Made by a program: the position numbers and the translations under genes. A stretch of 64,000 nucleotides of DNA from Pseudomonadales bacterium. Its GTDB lineage: Bacteria > Pseudomonadota > Gammaproteobacteria > Pseudomonadales > UBA7434. Positions 1-8,620 of the stretch are shown piece after piece; the stretch's first letter is position 1; each line of letters starts with the position of its first letter. The stretch lies in contig OZ244196.1 of NCBI GenBank assembly GCA_965216795.1, forward strand, positions 2,263,496-2,327,495. Direction: 5' to 3'. The notes beneath the pieces are model-generated. The model was not told the DNA's origin. It saw only the letters and a list, made by a program, of their open reading frames with translations, and made no database searches.

Positions 1-893
1 CCTTTGATCTCGATGCGGTAGCCCGTATCAGAACCATCGGACATGGTCGGCCAGTCATCGTGCTCGGTGGTCGGGCGCAATCGATTGACGTGCTCGGTGA
101 TAATCAATGGCTCGCCATTGACGATGCCCTGCAGCTGGAAATGCACGCCATCGCATTGCCCCGGCTCAACATTGCCCATCAGCGTCTCCAACGGTTCGGT
201 TGCCTCTGAGCGATCATAAACTTCGCGAATCTCTTCAACCTCGACGCCCATGGCGTCGGCCATCAGGTAGGTCATCGCGCCCCAGGTCGCAATCAGCGCA
301 TTCTTCTTTGCCAGTGGCGGTTTGAAGTCCATCGGCCTTGCAAAGCCAAAGGCCCAGCCAGTGTAGTCAGGGTCAGGGTAGCCCGCGTAGTTCATCATTT
401 CGGTAATGCGAATGGAGTCGACGCGCTCGCTCAGCCCAGCCAGTGCGATCGGGAAGATATCGCCCGAAGCGCCCGGGTCGATACCCGAGGTCATTAACGT
501 GGTTTGCCCTTTTTGGCAGGCTTGTTCAAGCCGTTCGACAACGTCTTTGTTCATCGGCGCGGCGGGGTAATTCAGCGACGGGTTGGCGCTGCTGACGACG
601 TTGATGCCGGCCTCGAGCATACGGCACATGTCATCGACGTAGCCGGGGTTGAAATTATGGTTGGTCGTGTAGCAGATGCAGTCGGGTTTTAGCGCAAGCA
701 GCCCGTCGATATCGTTGCTGGCCAGCACACCCGTCGGTTTTTGGTAGGCGCACAGGTCGCCCGCATCGCGCCCCTGTTTGCTGTCGCTGTGGGCAAACAG
801 GCCCACCAGGTCAAGCTCGCTGTGATTGATAATGCCGCTGAGTGCATAAGTGCCAACGTTGCCGGTTGTCCACTGGATAACGCGATAGCCCAC
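1..893 (-). CDS. NAD(P)-binding oxidoreductase, DapB-N-terminal-domain family (3' end cut by window edge)
   Basis: Not in the ORF track because it runs off the window. My translation from GTG at 893 (GAGG 7 nt upstream) reads VGYRVIQWTTGNVGTYALSGIINHSELDLVGLFAHSD... and stays open to position 1. The N-terminal Rossmann-type TGNVG loop is typical of dihydrodipicolinate-reductase-like / amine dehydrogenase proteins. Confidence 0.6.
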   Translation of the reverse strand, partial: MGYRVIQWTTGNVGTYALSGIINHSELDLVGLFAHSDSKQGRDAGDLCAYQKPTGVLASNDIDGLLALKPDCICYTTNHNFNPGYVDDMCRMLEAGINVVSSANPSLNYPAAPMNKDVVERLEQACQKGQTTLMTSGIDPGASGDIFPIALAGLSERVDSIRITEMMNYAGYPDPDYTGWAFGFARPMDFKPPLAKKNALIATWGAMTYLMADAMGVEVEEIREVYDRSEATEPLETLMGNVEPGQCDGVHFQLQGIVNGEPLIITEHVNRLRPTTEHDDWPTMSDGSDTGYRIEIK

Positions 894-1049
894 GATTGTT
901 TACCTCTATACCAATACGATAGCCAGATTCTAAACCAGCGATGGGTGCGCGCAATGAACATAGCGCCTTGTTGTGGGTGCCCGTGAGTACAGTTCGTGGG
1001 AGCTTATGCACATTGCCGATTGGTAACCGCGAAACCATAACCGGCTGCC

Positions 1050-2351
1050 GTGGGGTTTTTGGTACACTCCATGCCCCCGATTCGAGCAGCCACCCTTTGT
1101 ATGAGCGAAGCACTGCACCTTAAACAGTTCACGCACGTCAAGCATACCCGCAGCCTGCAGATGCGGTTAATGAACGCGGCAGGCAAGCTGGCGCCCGGCT
1201 ATATGCGTCCCAACGCTGAGGCCTGGTGGGAGGCCGCGCAGGCCAGCATTCGGCAGGAGTACCCCGGCCGGGATATCCAGCCCACCGATGATGCCAAAGC
1301 GGCGCTCAATGCGCTGGTCGACTCGATTAACCAAAGCACCCGGCTCAATCTGGTCGGTCGGTTCTCGGCGTTTGATGATTCCCGGCGTATGGCGCGCAAT
1401 CACCTGCGAATCCAGGCCTTTGTCGAATCGCACCCTGAGGTGCTCGATACCGAAATTCCTGCTCCTGTATTTGTCATTGGCATGCCGCGCACAGGCACGA
1501 CGTATTTGCACACCCTGCTCGCGCAGGACCCGAGGCATCGCTCGATACCTTACTGGGAGAGCTTTGAGCCGGTGCCGGCACCCAATAAGCCCGACCAGCG
1601 CATCGAGCGACTCAACAAGATGCTGGCCGGGCTCGATGAGGTATCGCCCGGCTACCATGCCATCCACCCGATGACGGCCGAGATGACCGAAGAGTGCGTG
1701 GCGCTATTTATGAACGCCTTTCGCACCATGCAGTTTGATATCCAGTACCGGGTGCCCGAGTATGTGAGCTGGCTCCAGGGGCAGGACGCAGAGATTGCTT
1801 ATCGCGCTTATCTGGAGCAGTTAAAGATAATCCAGTACCTGCGACCCTGTGGTGAGCGCTTTGTCTTGAAAGACCCGGCGCACACTTTGCACCTGCCGAC
1901 CATATTGAAGGTGTTTCCCAACGCAAGGTTTGTATTCACGCATCGTGACCCGGCAAAATCGATATCATCCATTTGCAGCCTGTACGCCTACACGCGCGCC
2001 ATGTTCAGTGATGATGTCAAGCCCCACGCCATCGGCGAGGAGATCATCAATGGCTTTTGGCCAGCGGGGCTGGAAGAGGCGATGCGCTTTCGCGCGTCTC
2101 TGCCCAAAGAACAATACGCCGACGTCCGGCAAATGGACATGCGCCACGATGCAGTCGATGCAATACGCCGTGCCTACCGTGATCTGGGTATTACCTTCGA
2201 TAATGTCGCCGAGCAGGCACTGGTCAACCGGCTTGAAGAAGAGCGCAGGCAGCCGCGCCATCGCCACGAGCACTCGCCCGAGGGCTTTGGCTTGACCGCA
2301 GGGCGTATTCGCGAGCGTCTGCACGATTATGTGCAGGCTTTTGATCTGTAG
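1050..2351 (+). CDS. sulfotransferase family protein
   Basis: 433-aa ORF. It has a PAPS 5'-phosphosulfate-binding loop VIGMPRTGTTYLHTLL and a downstream FTHRDP motif typical of bacterial sulfotransferases. The true start is uncertain (in-frame Met at 1071 and 1101). Confidence 0.7.
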   Translation: MGFLVHSMPPIRAATLCMSEALHLKQFTHVKHTRSLQMRLMNAAGKLAPGYMRPNAEAWWEAAQASIRQEYPGRDIQPTDDAKAALNALVDSINQSTRLNLVGRFSAFDDSRRMARNHLRIQAFVESHPEVLDTEIPAPVFVIGMPRTGTTYLHTLLAQDPRHRSIPYWESFEPVPAPNKPDQRIERLNKMLAGLDEVSPGYHAIHPMTAEMTEECVALFMNAFRTMQFDIQYRVPEYVSWLQGQDAEIAYRAYLEQLKIIQYLRPCGERFVLKDPAHTLHLPTILKVFPNARFVFTHRDPAKSISSICSLYAYTRAMFSDDVKPHAIGEEIINGFWPAGLEEAMRFRASLPKEQYADVRQMDMRHDAVDAIRRAYRDLGITFDNVAEQALVNRLEEERRQPRHRHEHSPEGFGLTAGRIRERLHDYVQAFDL

Positions 2352-2383
2352 CTAAAATGATGTGTAATTAAAAGAGAGTATTC

Positions 2384-3394
2384 ATGGGTAAAAAAGTACT
2401 GATCACCGGCGCGACCGGCTTTATTGGCAACCACGTCACCCGCCTGTGCCTGGAAAAGGGCGACCAGGTGCGCGTGATGGTCATGCCGGGCGAAGATCGC
2501 TCGGCGCTCGACGGTATGGACGTTGAGTTTGTTGAGGCCAACCTGCTCGATGCCTCGTCGCTGGGCAAGACCGTGAAGGGCATTGAGCAAGTCTACCATC
2601 TCGCGGCGCTGTTCAAGGTCTGGACCAAGGATCCGCACCTGCACCACAAGATCAACGTCGAGGGTGCGCAGGCGCTGATGCGCGCCGCGCAGGCCGAAGG
2701 CGTCGAAAAGGTTGTGTTTACAAGCAGTATTGCCGCGCTGGGCTTACCCAATGACCCGAACGTACCCATGAACGAAGACAACGTCTTCGACTGTTGGGAC
2801 ATGGCAGGCCCGTACATCCTGTCAAAGTACATCAGCCACCAGCTCGTGCAGGGCATGGTGAGCCGCGGTCTTGACGCGACGATTGTCATGCCGTGCTTTC
2901 CGTTCGGGCCGGGCGATCGTATGCCCACGCCAACCGGCACAATCATCCTTGGCGTGTTGCAGGGCAAAATGAACAACTGGTTTAGTGGTGGTCTAGCAGC
3001 GGGCGATGTGCGCGATGTGGCAGCAGGTCATGTGCTGGCCATGGAAAAAGGCGAGATCGGCGATTCGTACATTCTGGGCAATGCCCAGGGCAACCTGACT
3101 CACCGCGAGTTCGCGCAAATGGTGGGCCGCATTGCCGGTGTAGACGGTGTTGCAGAGAAACAGATTTCCGACAGTATGATGCTGCGTGTCGGCAAGCTGA
3201 TGGACGTCTATTCAAACCTGACCGGCAGGGAGCCGATGACGACCCTGGCCAATAGCCGCTATGCGCTGAGCAAACCCTTTGTTGATCCTTCGAAAGCGAT
3301 TGAAAAACTGGGGCTGCCGCAAAGCTCGCTGGAGCAGGCGGTACAGGATTCGATTGACTGGTTTCGCGCTAACGGCTACGTCGACGCGAAGTAG
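2384..3394 (+). CDS. NAD-dependent epimerase/dehydratase (extended SDR)
   Basis: 336 aa. N-terminal ITGATGFIGNHV Rossmann motif and a YILSKY catalytic Yxx(x)K region. AAGAGAG Shine-Dalgarno before the ATG. Confidence 0.85.
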   Translation: MGKKVLITGATGFIGNHVTRLCLEKGDQVRVMVMPGEDRSALDGMDVEFVEANLLDASSLGKTVKGIEQVYHLAALFKVWTKDPHLHHKINVEGAQALMRAAQAEGVEKVVFTSSIAALGLPNDPNVPMNEDNVFDCWDMAGPYILSKYISHQLVQGMVSRGLDATIVMPCFPFGPGDRMPTPTGTIILGVLQGKMNNWFSGGLAAGDVRDVAAGHVLAMEKGEIGDSYILGNAQGNLTHREFAQMVGRIAGVDGVAEKQISDSMMLRVGKLMDVYSNLTGREPMTTLANSRYALSKPFVDPSKAIEKLGLPQSSLEQAVQDSIDWFRANGYVDAK

Positions 3395-3400
3395 GCCCGG

Positions 3401-3419
3401 CACAGGCCATCGGCCTGTG
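3401..3419. terminator. hairpin between convergent genes (possible bidirectional terminator)
   Basis: Perfect inverted repeat CACAGGCC-ATC-GGCCTGTG lying between the stop at 3394 (+) and the stop at 3446 (-). The flanking T-runs are weak. Confidence 0.45.
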
Positions 3420-3445
3420 TCTCTCGACGACAAAAATAAGCGCGA

Positions 3446-4477
3446 CTAGTTTTTCAGGTCGGTAATGACCGCGCGGCCCACATACTTACCGGCTTCGAGT
3501 TCATCGAAGATATCGCCCAGCTCCGACAGTGCGCCCACGCGCCCGACGTGGCTTTTGACTTTGCCCGCCGCGGCCAGGTCAACCAGTTCGCGCATGTCCT
3601 GGACGTTGCCTGCCGCTGAATAGATGACTGTTGCATCCCTGAAGAAAAACTCAAAGGGGTTGAGCTCGATATTGCCCTCGCTGGTGGCTGGTAGCGCAAC
3701 TGCCACAAACAGCCCCTTTTGCTTGAGCAGCTGGAATCCCAGGTTAAAGCCTGCCATTTTGGCTGAGAAAACAATCGCCGCATCGACGCCGCTTCCAAAG
3801 GCGCTATGAATTGCCTCCAGTGCGCCTGCCGGTTCAACCGCCAGGTCGGCGCCCAGTGATTCAATAAATTCAAGTTTTTCAGCGCCAATGTCGATGCCGA
3901 CGACCCGGTAGCCACAGGCTTTGGCCAACTGGATTGCGTAATGGCCAAGCCCTCCGGCAGCACCGATGAGCGCGACAACCGAGCCGGGTTGCACATCGTG
4001 CTTTTGCAGCTTCTTCACGGCGGCGTAGGCCGTTAAGCCTCCGCAGGCCAGTGGCGCTTCTTCATCGCCAACATTGTCGGGCACTTTCACCAGCGATTTG
4101 GCCCACACGCAGAATTGCTCGGCGAAGGTGCCCATGATGACCTGGTTCTGCGGGCAGTGACGGGGTTCACCCTGCAGGCAGTACTCACAGGCGCCGCACC
4201 AGTAATTGCCGCTGGCACCACCCAGGCCCAGGATAACCCTATCGCCCACGGCAACGAACTGCTCGGCTCCTGGACCTACGGCCTCGACAATGCCAATCGC
4301 CTCATGACCGATCACTTCACTTTGCGGAATGCCCATCCAGTCGCCGCGCATAATGTGCAGGTCGGAATGACACACACCCGCAGCGCTGATTTTTATCAGC
4401 GCCTGCTCAGGGCCGGGTTTGGGGCTTGGAAGATCCTGGATTTCGAGCTTACCGTCGGTGATTCTTGCTGCTTTCAT
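3446..4477 (-). CDS. zinc-dependent alcohol dehydrogenase (MDR family)
   Basis: 343 aa. Zn-ADH signature GVCHSDLH...GHEAIGIV, structural-zinc cysteines CGACEYC, and a GAAGGLG nucleotide loop. Confidence 0.9.
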   Translation of the reverse strand: MKAARITDGKLEIQDLPSPKPGPEQALIKISAAGVCHSDLHIMRGDWMGIPQSEVIGHEAIGIVEAVGPGAEQFVAVGDRVILGLGGASGNYWCGACEYCLQGEPRHCPQNQVIMGTFAEQFCVWAKSLVKVPDNVGDEEAPLACGGLTAYAAVKKLQKHDVQPGSVVALIGAAGGLGHYAIQLAKACGYRVVGIDIGAEKLEFIESLGADLAVEPAGALEAIHSAFGSGVDAAIVFSAKMAGFNLGFQLLKQKGLFVAVALPATSEGNIELNPFEFFFRDATVIYSAAGNVQDMRELVDLAAAGKVKSHVGRVGALSELGDIFDELEAGKYVGRAVITDLKN

Positions 4478-4575
4478 TGTTGCCTCGGTGCCGTAGTGAT
4501 CGAGCGGTCGTGATGACGCGTTAAACAGGTGTATTGAACCGAAGTTAGCGCCGCGCAGGTATTAGCATATAGTCA

Positions 4576-5445
4576 TCAAACGTCGGGCCGGGGCATATCG
4601 CTAAAGTCGCTGCGTGGCTGGTTGGAGGCCAAATGAGCCTCAAGCCGGTTGAGCTGGGCCTTGATGTCGTTGAGTTGCCGAGCCATGTCTTCGCGCTCCT
4701 GGTGGGCCTGCTCGACTTCTTCGGCATTGTGTTCAGCGGTCATGACCTCGAGTATCGTGCCGACCATCATGTTCAGGAATACAAACGCGGCGAAAAAGAT
4801 AAACGAAACAAAGTAGAGCCAGCTCAGCGGGAACACCGCCATCGTCTCATACATCACATCGGTCCAGTCTTCGAAGGTGGCAACCCGGAACAGGGTGAGC
4901 ATTGCGATAGAGACATCGCCCCAGAGCGCATCGTTGATGTTGGCAAAAAACAGCGAGCCGATCGCAGCGTATATATAGAAAATGATAAACATCAGCAGCG
5001 CGATATAGCCCATTTTCGGGATCGCCTTGAGCAGTGCATTGATCAGCAGCCTCAGCTGCGGTACCACCGATACCAGCCGCAATACCCGGAATACGCGCAG
5101 CAGGCGGCCGATCAGTACGGCCTGGGCATTGTCGAGTGGCACCAGGCTGCCGATTACGATGAGGGTGTCAAAGATATTCCAGCCGTCTTTGAAAAACTGC
5201 GACTTTTTGGGGTGAGCGGCAAAGCGCAGCAGTATCTCGAGCAAAAAGAACAGGGTAATGCCAACATCGGCAACGCCCAGTACCGAGAGCGCAGTAGGTG
5301 GCAGGTCATAGGTTTTCGCGCCGATCGTCAGCGCAGAGAGGATGATGATAAAAATCACCGAGCCCTGGAAGACTTTACTTTGCTCTACCCGGTGCAATAA
5401 CAGGCTCGCGCGTCGCAAACGCGAAGGGTTTTCTTCGACAACCAT
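4576..5445 (-). CDS. voltage-gated ion channel, bacterial NaChBac/BacNav-like (single 6-TM domain)
   Basis: 289 aa. S4 voltage sensor RLLRVFRVLRLVSVVPQLR, pore/selectivity region TLFRVATFEDWTDVMYE, and a C-terminal coiled-coil neck (EEVEQAHQEREDMARQLNDIKAQLNRLEAHL). Confidence 0.85.
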   Translation of the reverse strand: MVVEENPSRLRRASLLLHRVEQSKVFQGSVIFIIILSALTIGAKTYDLPPTALSVLGVADVGITLFFLLEILLRFAAHPKKSQFFKDGWNIFDTLIVIGSLVPLDNAQAVLIGRLLRVFRVLRLVSVVPQLRLLINALLKAIPKMGYIALLMFIIFYIYAAIGSLFFANINDALWGDVSIAMLTLFRVATFEDWTDVMYETMAVFPLSWLYFVSFIFFAAFVFLNMMVGTILEVMTAEHNAEEVEQAHQEREDMARQLNDIKAQLNRLEAHLASNQPRSDFSDMPRPDV

Positions 5446-5524
5446 AAGTTCAGGATCCAGCGAAAAGCAGACACTGCGCGCACTGCACAGGCAGCGGCGC
5501 CGACCAGCGACAGCTTACTGGATT

Positions 5525-6139
5525 TTAGAAACGACAGGAACCGCGCAGCGGCTTGATGGCTTCGTAAAGGCCAGTGGTAATGAACTCGGCGGCGACGGGC
5601 TTGCCGCCAAAAGGCGTGACTTCGGCGCTGAGACGATCGTAGCGCATCATGCGTTTGATCAGCAGGATGTCACTGCCGCGCGAGGTCACGGTCTGGAAAT
5701 CATCGGCAATAGACCAGACCGCTACCCGGTGCGGGATCGCGTCAAAGTCGGTGCGCATCCGGATTGAGCCCTGGCCCACGTAGAGCTTCCAGTCGAGTGA
5801 GATGCGCGACTTGCCGCTCTCGCAGTGTACGGTCAGCTCGGGCCGTACACTGCCTGATTCGGTCTCAAGCTGTGTTTCTGAGGCGGTGGTCAAGCGCATT
5901 GCCATGGCACCGGTTTCGGGGTTGATCGCCTGGGTGAGCGTCCAGCTGCCCGGCGCCACTGCCTCGGCCGTGTCGGTGCTGCTGGCAATCGATTCGGCCA
6001 GTGCGTCGTAGCAGGCCAGTCGCTCCTCGTCGCCGGTGAGTGCGGCGCAGTCGAGGATGCGTTGCTGGTCGAGGGCCAGGGCCTGGCTAGTGGCAACCCC
6101 GGCCAGCGCCAGGGCGGCGATGATTTGTCGTGTGATCAA
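5525..6139 (-). CDS. exported hypothetical protein
   Basis: 204 aa with a clear signal peptide (MITRQIIAALALAGVATSQALA). I recognise no family motif. Confidence 0.55.
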   Translation of the reverse strand: MITRQIIAALALAGVATSQALALDQQRILDCAALTGDEERLACYDALAESIASSTDTAEAVAPGSWTLTQAINPETGAMAMRLTTASETQLETESGSVRPELTVHCESGKSRISLDWKLYVGQGSIRMRTDFDAIPHRVAVWSIADDFQTVTSRGSDILLIKRMMRYDRLSAEVTPFGGKPVAAEFITTGLYEAIKPLRGSCRF

Positions 6140-6372
6140 CGGCTTATCCGGTACGTTTTAGTGCACCCACCAACGGGTGTCGCTTCCATTATACGCATTT
6201 GTAGCTGGCCCAGACCTCTGTCGATGGCCGATTTGCTCTATCTAATGCCGGTCGGCTGCTTATGCGAGTAGTTTTGTTGATGTATTCATGGCGTGGTATC
6301 GCTAGTATGGTTAGCCAGGCCTGTCGTTAGACAGCTGGCTCCAGACGATGACATCAATAATAAGGGTTAGGC

Positions 6373-8013
6373 ATGAACACTGCTGTTTCGATTATCAAAC
6401 CATTTACCGGCCGACCTGCGGCGCAAGGCTGGCGGTCGCTTATTACCAGCTTGCCTTGCCTGCTGCTGTGCTTGCTGCTTGCCGCCCGGGCCAACGCGCA
6501 CCCTGAAACCGCGCCAATACGCATCACGCTGGATGATACCTTGCTCCAGTCCTCTTCGCTGACCACCGCGCAACAACAGGCCGCCAACGATGCGGCGCAA
6601 AACGTTGCCGCATTGCTCGAGTCAGCACTGGACGTGCAGCCACTGATTAGCTCGGTGAACGTCATCGGCAGCTGTGTGACCGGTTTTATGAGTGCCCCCG
6701 TGAGCGTATCGGCACCCGATACTGATTTGCTGGTGCTGCTGTCGGCAGACGCGGTTGGCGTTTCGGTAACGGGCGGTTTCTGCCAGTTTGATGCCTTCGG
6801 TCGGCCTATTGCTGCGCAACTCAACTTTCCGCCTGTTGCCATGGCGGGCATCGCAGCGACCAGCGAACAACTGGAAGACACGGTGCTCAAGCAATTCATG
6901 ACGATGTTGGGTTTTAGCGGCTCCCGATTCTCGACTTATCGCGATGGTATAGGCGGGCCCCTGCGCTCCAACGTAACAACGACCTATTCGCAAGGGGGCA
7001 AGACGGTCGAAGCTGTTGTAACGCCCAATGCGCTGGCCGCCGCCCGTGATCACTTTGATTGCCCGACGCTGGCCGGTGTCGAGCTCGAAGATGGAGCGTC
7101 CCAAACCGGCTGGGAAACCCGTATCTACGACGGCGAAATCATGAGCGGTGAGACGACAATCTCCAACGACAGGGCTTTGAGCGCAATTACACTGGGCCTG
7201 CTTGAAGACACTGGCTGGTACATACCCGATTACAGCGTTGCCGAGCCATTCTCCTGGGGCAAGGGCGAGGGTTGTGGTTTTGCCCAAAACACCTGCGACA
7301 CCTTTGGCCCCGAATACTTTTGCGCGCCGACGGCACGGGCCTGCAATGCCGACCGAACTGCAGCGGCCTCCTGTTCGCTGGTGCAGTACCCTTCTGATTT
7401 ACCGCCCAACTTCCAGTATTTTGCCGATCCAAAGCAGGGTGGTCTGTCACAGCTTGCCGATTATTGCCCGCGCTACGCGCCTATTGCCCCCGTTTGTGCG
7501 GATGACTCCCAGCCGCTGACTTCAACGGACATTATTCGTGGCATTACGCGAGGCCCTGATGCAGCGTGCTTTGATGCAACGCTGGTGCAAAACCCGTTCC
7601 CTCCCCCGAGTTCGCCGCTGGCCAACTGCTATACCGCTGTCTGCAGCGGCTCGACGATCGACATCACCGTAGGTGGCAACACAGTCTCTTGCCCGACCGG
7701 CGGCGGGTCGATCAGCTTCCCGGGTTTTGGCGGCACGCTCGACTGCCCGCCGGTGGCCGAGTATTGCAGCGTCTGCGGTGATGGTGCGATTACCCACGAA
7801 GAAACCTGCGACGATGGTAACGACCTGAACGGCGATGGCTGCTCGGCAATGTGCAAAATCGAAACCGATTATCGCTGCAACGGTATTCCCTCGCTGTGTT
7901 CCAGCGCGGCGCCGCTGTCGGTGCCGCTGGTCTCGCCGCTGGGCTGGCTGGCGTTAATGGCCGCGCTTGCTGCAATTGGCGGGGTTGTGCTCAAGCGCGC
8001 CGCCAGAAAGTGA
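6373..8013 (+). CDS. leishmanolysin (peptidase M8)-like exported protein, predicted catalytically inactive, with C-terminal cysteine-rich repeat and membrane anchor
   Basis: 546 aa. M8 hallmark LLEDTGWYIPDYSVAEPFSWGKGEGCGF. At the position aligning to HExxHxLGFS it reads KQFMTMLGFS, and at the SHWExR third-ligand position it reads TGWETR. The C-terminal CGDGAITHEETCDDGNDLNGDGCSAMCKIE is a myxococcal-type Cys-rich repeat, followed by a hydrophobic helix and KRAARK. Confidence 0.75.
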   Translation: MNTAVSIIKPFTGRPAAQGWRSLITSLPCLLLCLLLAARANAHPETAPIRITLDDTLLQSSSLTTAQQQAANDAAQNVAALLESALDVQPLISSVNVIGSCVTGFMSAPVSVSAPDTDLLVLLSADAVGVSVTGGFCQFDAFGRPIAAQLNFPPVAMAGIAATSEQLEDTVLKQFMTMLGFSGSRFSTYRDGIGGPLRSNVTTTYSQGGKTVEAVVTPNALAAARDHFDCPTLAGVELEDGASQTGWETRIYDGEIMSGETTISNDRALSAITLGLLEDTGWYIPDYSVAEPFSWGKGEGCGFAQNTCDTFGPEYFCAPTARACNADRTAAASCSLVQYPSDLPPNFQYFADPKQGGLSQLADYCPRYAPIAPVCADDSQPLTSTDIIRGITRGPDAACFDATLVQNPFPPPSSPLANCYTAVCSGSTIDITVGGNTVSCPTGGGSISFPGFGGTLDCPPVAEYCSVCGDGAITHEETCDDGNDLNGDGCSAMCKIETDYRCNGIPSLCSSAAPLSVPLVSPLGWLALMAALAAIGGVVLKRAARK

Positions 8014-8014
8014 T

Positions 8015-8620
8015 ATGCCCAAAAACCAGCGCGAGATCGCATCTGAGGCCAGGCGGCGAGCGGTACTAAAAGCCGCTGGCTGGCAGTTTGCCGAGGCTGG
8101 TTATAAAGGCACAACCGCAGAGCAAATCGCGAGCGCTGCAGGCGTATCGAAAGGGCTGGTGTTTCACCTGTTCGGCAGTAAAGAGAAGTTGTTCGACTCA
8201 GTGCTCGAGGATGGCATTGCCCAATGGGCCATGCTCTCTGAGTATCGCGCTGGCGATGATGACAGCGCTTATGCGAACACGCTGCGCAACCTGTTCGTTG
8301 CGTCCTTCGATTTTATAGAGCAGCACCCGATACTGTTGCTGCTGATGCGCGAGCAGGGCTCGGAACGCATGCAAAGCGGCATGAAAAAAGTTGCCAGCGG
8401 CAATCGACGTTGGCGCAAGCGCATCGAGAAGACCCTGTCAGACGGTATCGATGCCGGCCAGTTCAAGCCCGGCATCGATATTGTGCGCACGGCCATTATC
8501 TTTCACGCCCTGCAGATCTCGCTGATCCAGAGCATGTACAAGCAGGGCAAAATCCAGTTGCTCGATCGCAAGCTCATCGAGCAGGCAGCCAATATCATTG
8601 TCGACTCAGTGATAACCTGA
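8015..8620 (+). CDS. TetR/AcrR family transcriptional regulator
   Basis: The N-terminal HTH (ILKAAGWQFAEAGYKGTTAEQIASAAGVSKGLVFHLFGSKEKLF) is the TetR signature. I chose the ATG at 8015, immediately after the upstream stop, rather than the track start at 7967, which overlaps the preceding gene. Confidence 0.85.
   Translation: MPKNQREIASEARRRAVLKAAGWQFAEAGYKGTTAEQIASAAGVSKGLVFHLFGSKEKLFDSVLEDGIAQWAMLSEYRAGDDDSAYANTLRNLFVASFDFIEQHPILLLLMREQGSERMQSGMKKVASGNRRWRKRIEKTLSDGIDAGQFKPGIDIVRTAIIFHALQISLIQSMYKQGKIQLLDRKLIEQAANIIVDSVIT

Noticed and set aside
1167-1667. Long antisense or out-of-frame ORFs inside GC-rich genes. Examples: 1167-1667(-), 4633-5400(+), 6354-6899(-), 6622-7287(-), 9416-10096(+), 11270-11947(-), 16626-17090(-), 55207-55656(+), 61551-62189(+), 62757-63428(-).
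   Set aside because: Each lies wholly within a better-supported gene with recognisable family motifs on the other strand or frame. High GC suppresses stop codons, and their translations are Arg/Ala/Pro/Gly-rich with no motifs.
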